Origin: Bacteroidia bacterium | GTDB lineage: Bacteria; Bacteroidota; Bacteroidia; CAILMK01; JACPUW01 | NCBI GenBank assembly: GCA_049115495.1 | Contig: JAGDZV010000015.1 | Location: forward strand, 69,812-133,811 | DNA: 64,000 bases | Direction: 5' to 3' | Program-made: the position numbers and the translations under genes | The notes under the pieces: model-generated | Told to the model about the DNA's origin: nothing | The model's input: only the letters and a program-made list of their open reading frames with translations | The model's database searches: none | Shown: positions 58,940 to 64,000 of the stretch, piece by piece | How the letters are laid out: every line of letters starts with the position of its first letter | Numbering within the stretch: position 1 is the first letter of the stretch

Positions 58940-61900
58940 CTACCTCAGCAGTATTAATCCACCTTTTCTAAAAATTAGATCGCCGTTTTTGCCTTGGGCT
59001 TTCAGCAAGAAAATGTAATTGCCTATTTCGCAAGGCTGACCATTAAAGCTACCATCCCAACCTTCATAATAATCTGTAGTTCTATATACTTCTTCTCCCC
59101 AGCGGTTGTATATGCGCATTTCAAAGTTTTTTTCTTGAACAGAATCAGCCAAAAGGGCAAATGATTTGAAATTGAACACGTCATTAGTTCCATCTCCATT
59201 TGGGCTAAATGCAGTTGGAATAAACAAAGTGGGCAGCGGCCTTACTATCCTAATATTTGAATAACTCGTATCTGGATTGTTACCATTCTCTACAGCATAT
59301 ACTCGGTAGGCAAAAGGATCATTAAATTGCAAAAAGGCACTGGTATCAAGAAAACTTGTATCTGAAGCGCTAAGAGTTGCTATTGTGTTAAAGTTAGTTG
59401 CGTTAGGTGGCATGCGCTCTAAAACGTATTCTTTTACTCCAGCATTCCATTCTTTGTAAGGGTTCCAGCTCAACAGAAAATCTCTATCTGTTGTATTGGT
59501 ATTTAACAGAATACTATTTGCTATTATGCTCTTTTTGCTTTGGTAATCGCATTCATCAACAGCTCTAACCCTATACATGTAATAATTGCTTTGCGTTTTA
59601 GCAATGCTGTCAATTAAAAATGTATCGGTTAAAAACTTCCACTCATTAATCCAAGCATTATCATTCGCCATTCTATCAATACTGTAATGTTTCACGTTGC
59701 GCTGTTGGCTACGCTCCCAGTGTACTTCTACCCTTTCGTTTTTCACTGTGGCTAAATACATTTCAAGCGGGTTTACCTGAAAAACGTATTCAGGCTGATA
59801 TTCAACCCCATTGCTTAAACTGGTAAGTGAGTCTTCTTCTTTAATGGCTTCAATTTCGTATTCGTAAAGCTCATTGCAGACAGATGAATCAAGATAATTG
59901 AATTGGGTACCCGGAACACGAGCAATTGGAAACAGTGCTTGCCCATTGAGGCCACGTAGCACCTGATATGCCTTGACTGAGTTCCATCCTATATATGGTG
60001 TCCAACTCAGGCTTGCCACTTCTTTTTCAGTATCATCAACATCAAGAAAAATCGTGCAGTGGGTATCGCTAGGGTGTCTAAACTCGCATTTATCAATTAC
60101 TTCAAGCTTAAAGCAATATCGGTTTTCGTCAGGCATTAGACCTGTTATTAAATGAGTAGTGTCTTTTCTCTTAAAGACTTCTAGCAGGGTATCATTTAAT
60201 GTTTCGGTTTCAATGAGCTCATAGGTACTAAATACGCCTTTGTTTACGGCTTCGGTTTCTAAACTCACACCCATATCGTTCCACACCGAAACAAACCGTA
60301 TTTGTGGTGTGTCAACTGCCAATCGATTTACGATTTCGAGGGCATTTTGCTTTAACAAGGTGTCCGAGCATCCATTGCTATCGGTTACAATTAATTGCAC
60401 CGCATAGTTGGCTGGTTCATCATAGGTATAAGTTGGATTTTCAAGATTAGAAGTATCATCAATAGCCAAGGTGTCGCCAAAATCCCATTGCCATATCACT
60501 AGTTTAAAGTCTGTTTGGCTTGAATCTAAAAAGCTAATCGGTCGGTCTTTGCAAGTCACTTTTTCGCTTGTATTAAAATTGGCAATAGGCGTTTTGTATA
60601 CTCTTAAGGAATTAAAAACTGACGTATCGGTACAGCCAATGGCATTTTCAACTATTAAAGTTGGCTTGTGCTTACCCGCACTATAAATATGAGAAGCCAA
60701 TGAAGTAGAATCACTCAAACTATCACCATCACCAAAAAACCACCGCCATTTGTAAGCAAATAATGAGGTGTCTTTAAACGAAATGGTTTGCGGTTCGCAC
60801 CCTTTGGTTTTACTCATGGTAAAGTCAGCAATGGGCTTAGTGTATGCTATAATTGAATCAGGATGGCGATAACTATATTGACAATCATTATTATCTCTAA
60901 CCACAATGAATGGTCTAAATACCTGAAACTCTTGAAGCGAATCTTCAACAAAATATGTGTGTTTTTTAATGTTTACAGAATCGATACTTGAGTTGTCGTC
61001 GAAATCGAAATAAACCTTGGTAGCATTAATGCTATTGTTTACAAAATTGACTTCAAGTGGCTCGCAACCTACCTTATTATCAAATCTAAAAATTGGCACT
61101 GGCCCTAAAACGGTTAATAGCTCTTTACTCACAATTGAGTCTATACAGCCCAAGCGGTTTTTACCATAAAGTGTAACATCAAACTTGTTTCTATATGGCG
61201 CTATTCGAGTAAGGTCGTAAATTTTTAAAGTGAAATCATTCTCAGTTACCAACTCATCAGAACCATCATCAAAATTCCAAACAAAAGAATCTACGTTGGT
61301 TCCTGTGGCTGAAAATTCAAATGGCGCAGGAGAGCATTTGGCCGAAGTATCATCAACTGAAAAGTCAAAACCAAAGTCTATTACTTCAATGGATTTTGAA
61401 ACCACTTCTTGGCAACCACCCGCCCCTTTTAATCTCAAATTAATATCGTAAGTGCCCGGTTTGTCAAATACAAAGCGCGGATTAAAGCTTGTGTCATTTG
61501 GTAACACAGAAAGATTGCTATTACTTGAATACCATTTTAAGGTGTCAATATTTCCGGAAGAATTGTTGACTACCGAATATTCAATTCCACTGCAAAAACT
61601 ATCGGGTAGTTCAAATGATGCACTTAAATCAAAGTTAAACAGTCCCTTTTTTGTGAGTTTAGTGGCACAACCTTGTGCGTTTTTAACTACTAATGTTATG
61701 TCGGTTTGACCTCGTTTATTGATTGTAATTTCAGGGTCCTTTTTAGCAGCATCATCAAAACTACCTCGGCTTTTTGGGCTAATTGCCCATTCGTAACTAA
61801 GTGTTTTATCGTTAGTTCCAATAAGCACATTCTCAATTATATTGGTGTTCAAAGTTGTGCTAAACGGTAAGCACCCTGTTGTTTTAGTTGGGCTAAAGTC

Positions 61901-63832
61901 AAATACTGCGCCACCAACTTCAATTGCATCTTTAAACACAACAGAGTCGGTGCACTCTTTGGTTGTAAATACAACTTTAATATCATAAGTACCAGGTGCA
62001 TTTGGCCTAAAAATAATTGAGTCGCCAATTTGGGTATAAACCGTAGTGTCATCACTTATTAAAGCGCCATACCAATCACCAACAAGATCAGCTGGTGAAG
62101 CTGAATATTTCATTCTAACCAAGTCGCCCACACAAAACGGACCTTGAGGAACAGTGGCTTTCACGGAATTTAATTCTACAATATGCACCGCACTATCTCT
62201 CTTTAGTTTACTTCTGCAGCCCTCCTTGGTTAAGGCTTCAACTTCTACAGCATACCAGCCTGTATCTTGATACTTCTCTACAGCGTCAACCCCCGTATAT
62301 TTCCGTCTCAATGAATTGTCGAGCTCATAAAAAGTCCAATAAACGGTGTCAATTTCGCCATAGCAAAGTGTATCTGATAGCTTAAAATTAATGGCTGTTT
62401 TTGGACATGCCACGCCAGGAGAAGCTTCAAATTCTAAATCAAAAGGACTTGCTCTAAAACCAAAGTTTGTTTGTTCAAAACACCCATCAGAATCGGTGGC
62501 TTTAAGAGAAAGGGTAAACCTTCCATATCTATCGGCTCGCCACCTAAAATTTGTATCGGTACTATTGGCTAGGATTTTACCTTTTGAATTAATGAGTTGC
62601 CACTCATAGCTCATAGCCTTTGAGCCACTATGGGTGCTCTTATTTGTAATTAATATACTAGATGGAATATTGCAGATGCACTCTAAAGAGCGATCCATAT
62701 CCACGTCAATTTCATTAGGTTCAACTTTTACAGTTGCAGTCAACAGCTTTTGGCAATTGGCAAAGCCATAAAGTGCGTACACCGTGAACGTTCCTGCTTT
62801 TCGACCCGTAACTACTGCCGAATCTGCATTTATACGAGTTATTCTTATTGAGTCTTTTGCAAAATGAAAAAACCTAAGTTGGCTTGAGTCAATATTATTC
62901 GCATCTACTTTCAGTGCAAAATTTTCACTCTTACAGCCTTGGCCGTTTAGTGGTGTCGCATTAAGCTTTATGCTTGGAATGTTTTGAACCTTTACAAGGT
63001 CATTAAAACTGTAATTGTGGCTACAAGATGTTATTTGAGACTGTATAGATACACTAACATCGTATGTAGCGGTATTGCCTGGGTAAGTGGTTATAGGTGG
63101 ATCAGCGCTTGACGATGTAGCAGGGCTTGCCCCCTGAAAATTCCAAGAATGACTAAACTTATTCTGACTATAATAATTGGTTTTAGGCTTAAGCTTAATG
63201 CTCGAAGCACCACATAGGGTAGTATCGGTATAAGCGAAACTTATGTCGGGCTTACGTTCTACGAAAACTACGGAGTCAAAGATCTTTTTTGTGCTACAAC
63301 CAAAAACTCCTTCACTTATTAATTGCAAATTGGCGTAACCTGCTCTAATAAAAGTGTGTGTTATGGTGCTTGCCACGCCTGAGTAAACGCTGCCTTCAAT
63401 ACTCCATGTGTGTTTAATTGCAGTAGGTGCATTTACAGTGAGCTTAGATGTTAGCCCTGTGTTGCAGAGTTCAGCTTTGCTTACTGTTACCCTATTAATC
63501 TTTGGATTTGTTCCAATTCGTATATACTTTTTTCGCTCAAGGTTGCAGGTTTGGTTTGTAGGCAGTTCTACTTCTACAGAAACGGTAATTGTATCGGCAT
63601 TTGTAAAAGCCACCGAAGGGTTTGCATCATTTTTAACGGTTTTAGTCTCAAAATCCCAGTTTAGTACAGACCCACTTGGTGGAGAAGGATGCACTCTAAA
63701 AGATATGATGTCGTTCTCACAGCCTACAGAATCGCTAGCATAAATGGTATAACCAGTACACTGAGCAACTAATTTTTGACTTGTGAGTAAACCAAGAGTG
63801 GCTAATAGTATGATTCGTAAATTAAAATTCAC
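58940..63832 (-). CDS. Giant multi-PKD-domain cell-surface protein (1630 aa) with gliding-motility-associated C-terminal (type B T9SS, CHU_C-like) domain
   Basis: Signal peptide. Repeated PKD-like motifs (WNFDDGSDE…, WRWFFGDGDS…, WQWDFGDTLA…). C-terminal FSPNGDGTNDVF motif characteristic of the type B T9SS C-terminal domain. Confidence 0.8.
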   Translation of the reverse strand: MNFNLRIILLATLGLLTSQKLVAQCTGYTIYASDSVGCENDIISFRVHPSPPSGSVLNWDFETKTVKNDANPSVAFTNADTITVSVEVELPTNQTCNLERKKYIRIGTNPKINRVTVSKAELCNTGLTSKLTVNAPTAIKHTWSIEGSVYSGVASTITHTFIRAGYANLQLISEGVFGCSTKKIFDSVVFVERKPDISFAYTDTTLCGASSIKLKPKTNYYSQNKFSHSWNFQGASPATSSSADPPITTYPGNTATYDVSVSIQSQITSCSHNYSFNDLVKVQNIPSIKLNATPLNGQGCKSENFALKVDANNIDSSQLRFFHFAKDSIRITRINADSAVVTGRKAGTFTVYALYGFANCQKLLTATVKVEPNEIDVDMDRSLECICNIPSSILITNKSTHSGSKAMSYEWQLINSKGKILANSTDTNFRWRADRYGRFTLSLKATDSDGCFEQTNFGFRASPFDLEFEASPGVACPKTAINFKLSDTLCYGEIDTVYWTFYELDNSLRRKYTGVDAVEKYQDTGWYAVEVEALTKEGCRSKLKRDSAVHIVELNSVKATVPQGPFCVGDLVRMKYSASPADLVGDWYGALISDDTTVYTQIGDSIIFRPNAPGTYDIKVVFTTKECTDSVVFKDAIEVGGAVFDFSPTKTTGCLPFSTTLNTNIIENVLIGTNDKTLSYEWAISPKSRGSFDDAAKKDPEITINKRGQTDITLVVKNAQGCATKLTKKGLFNFDLSASFELPDSFCSGIEYSVVNNSSGNIDTLKWYSSNSNLSVLPNDTSFNPRFVFDKPGTYDINLRLKGAGGCQEVVSKSIEVIDFGFDFSVDDTSAKCSPAPFEFSATGTNVDSFVWNFDDGSDELVTENDFTLKIYDLTRIAPYRNKFDVTLYGKNRLGCIDSIVSKELLTVLGPVPIFRFDNKVGCEPLEVNFVNNSINATKVYFDFDDNSSIDSVNIKKHTYFVEDSLQEFQVFRPFIVVRDNNDCQYSYRHPDSIIAYTKPIADFTMSKTKGCEPQTISFKDTSLFAYKWRWFFGDGDSLSDSTSLASHIYSAGKHKPTLIVENAIGCTDTSVFNSLRVYKTPIANFNTSEKVTCKDRPISFLDSSQTDFKLVIWQWDFGDTLAIDDTSNLENPTYTYDEPANYAVQLIVTDSNGCSDTLLKQNALEIVNRLAVDTPQIRFVSVWNDMGVSLETEAVNKGVFSTYELIETETLNDTLLEVFKRKDTTHLITGLMPDENRYCFKLEVIDKCEFRHPSDTHCTIFLDVDDTEKEVASLSWTPYIGWNSVKAYQVLRGLNGQALFPIARVPGTQFNYLDSSVCNELYEYEIEAIKEEDSLTSLSNGVEYQPEYVFQVNPLEMYLATVKNERVEVHWERSQQRNVKHYSIDRMANDNAWINEWKFLTDTFLIDSIAKTQSNYYMYRVRAVDECDYQSKKSIIANSILLNTNTTDRDFLLSWNPYKEWNAGVKEYVLERMPPNATNFNTIATLSASDTSFLDTSAFLQFNDPFAYRVYAVENGNNPDTSYSNIRIVRPLPTLFIPTAFSPNGDGTNDVFNFKSFALLADSVQEKNFEMRIYNRWGEEVYRTTDYYEGWDGSFNGQPCEIGNYIFLLKAQGKNGDLIFRKGGLILLR

Positions 63833-64000
63833 CTTACAGGTTACAATATAGTAATTCTACCATAATCATCTGATAAGCAATACGGTACCTGAGTAGGAAT
63901 AAACCTTGTTGTTTATGGCCTTAAACTGTAGGTAGTAGGTGTATTTACCTTCTTGGCAATTTTGTCCTTTAAAATTTCCATTCCAAAAAACATTGTGATC

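Noticed and set aside
1-64000. CRISPR arrays, integrases, transposases, phage structural genes
   Set aside because: No evenly spaced direct repeats and no recognisable recombinase or transposase motifs (DDE, tyrosine recombinase R-H-R-Y, serine recombinase) were seen in any ORF translation.

Overview
The window is an AT-rich (about 37% GC) chromosomal segment from a Bacteroidota genome, most likely a Flavobacteriia- or Cytophagia-like gliding bacterium. Five proteins carry C-terminal type IX secretion (T9SS) sorting domains, and lipoprotein signal peptides are common. I call about 43 protein-coding genes and one tRNA-Leu(GAG). Recognisable housekeeping genes include metG, metK, rmuC, crcB, a fused E1 alpha/beta 2-oxoacid dehydrogenase, a GH13 alpha-amylase, a TlpA-like thioredoxin and an OmpA-family protein. 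Between them sit accessory genes: a class II Fic protein and a catalytically degenerate Fic paralog, a hybrid histidine kinase followed by an MMPL transporter and an AsmA-like protein, and a 26-kb cluster (37.9-63.8 kb) of very large T9SS cargo proteins surrounding a LytTR two-component system. I found no CRISPR array, integrase, transposase or rRNA. The non-genic signals most worth a second look are a nested triple-hairpin palindromic element (20846-20944), a T9SS cargo gene split by a 1-nt frameshift in an A-run (30556-30575), a C10 homopolymer in a divergent promoter (44403-44412), a 33-bp perfect palindrome with a dispersed half-copy, and a dispersed 21-bp hairpin repeat. All functional calls come from motif recognition in the supplied translations; no database search was possible.
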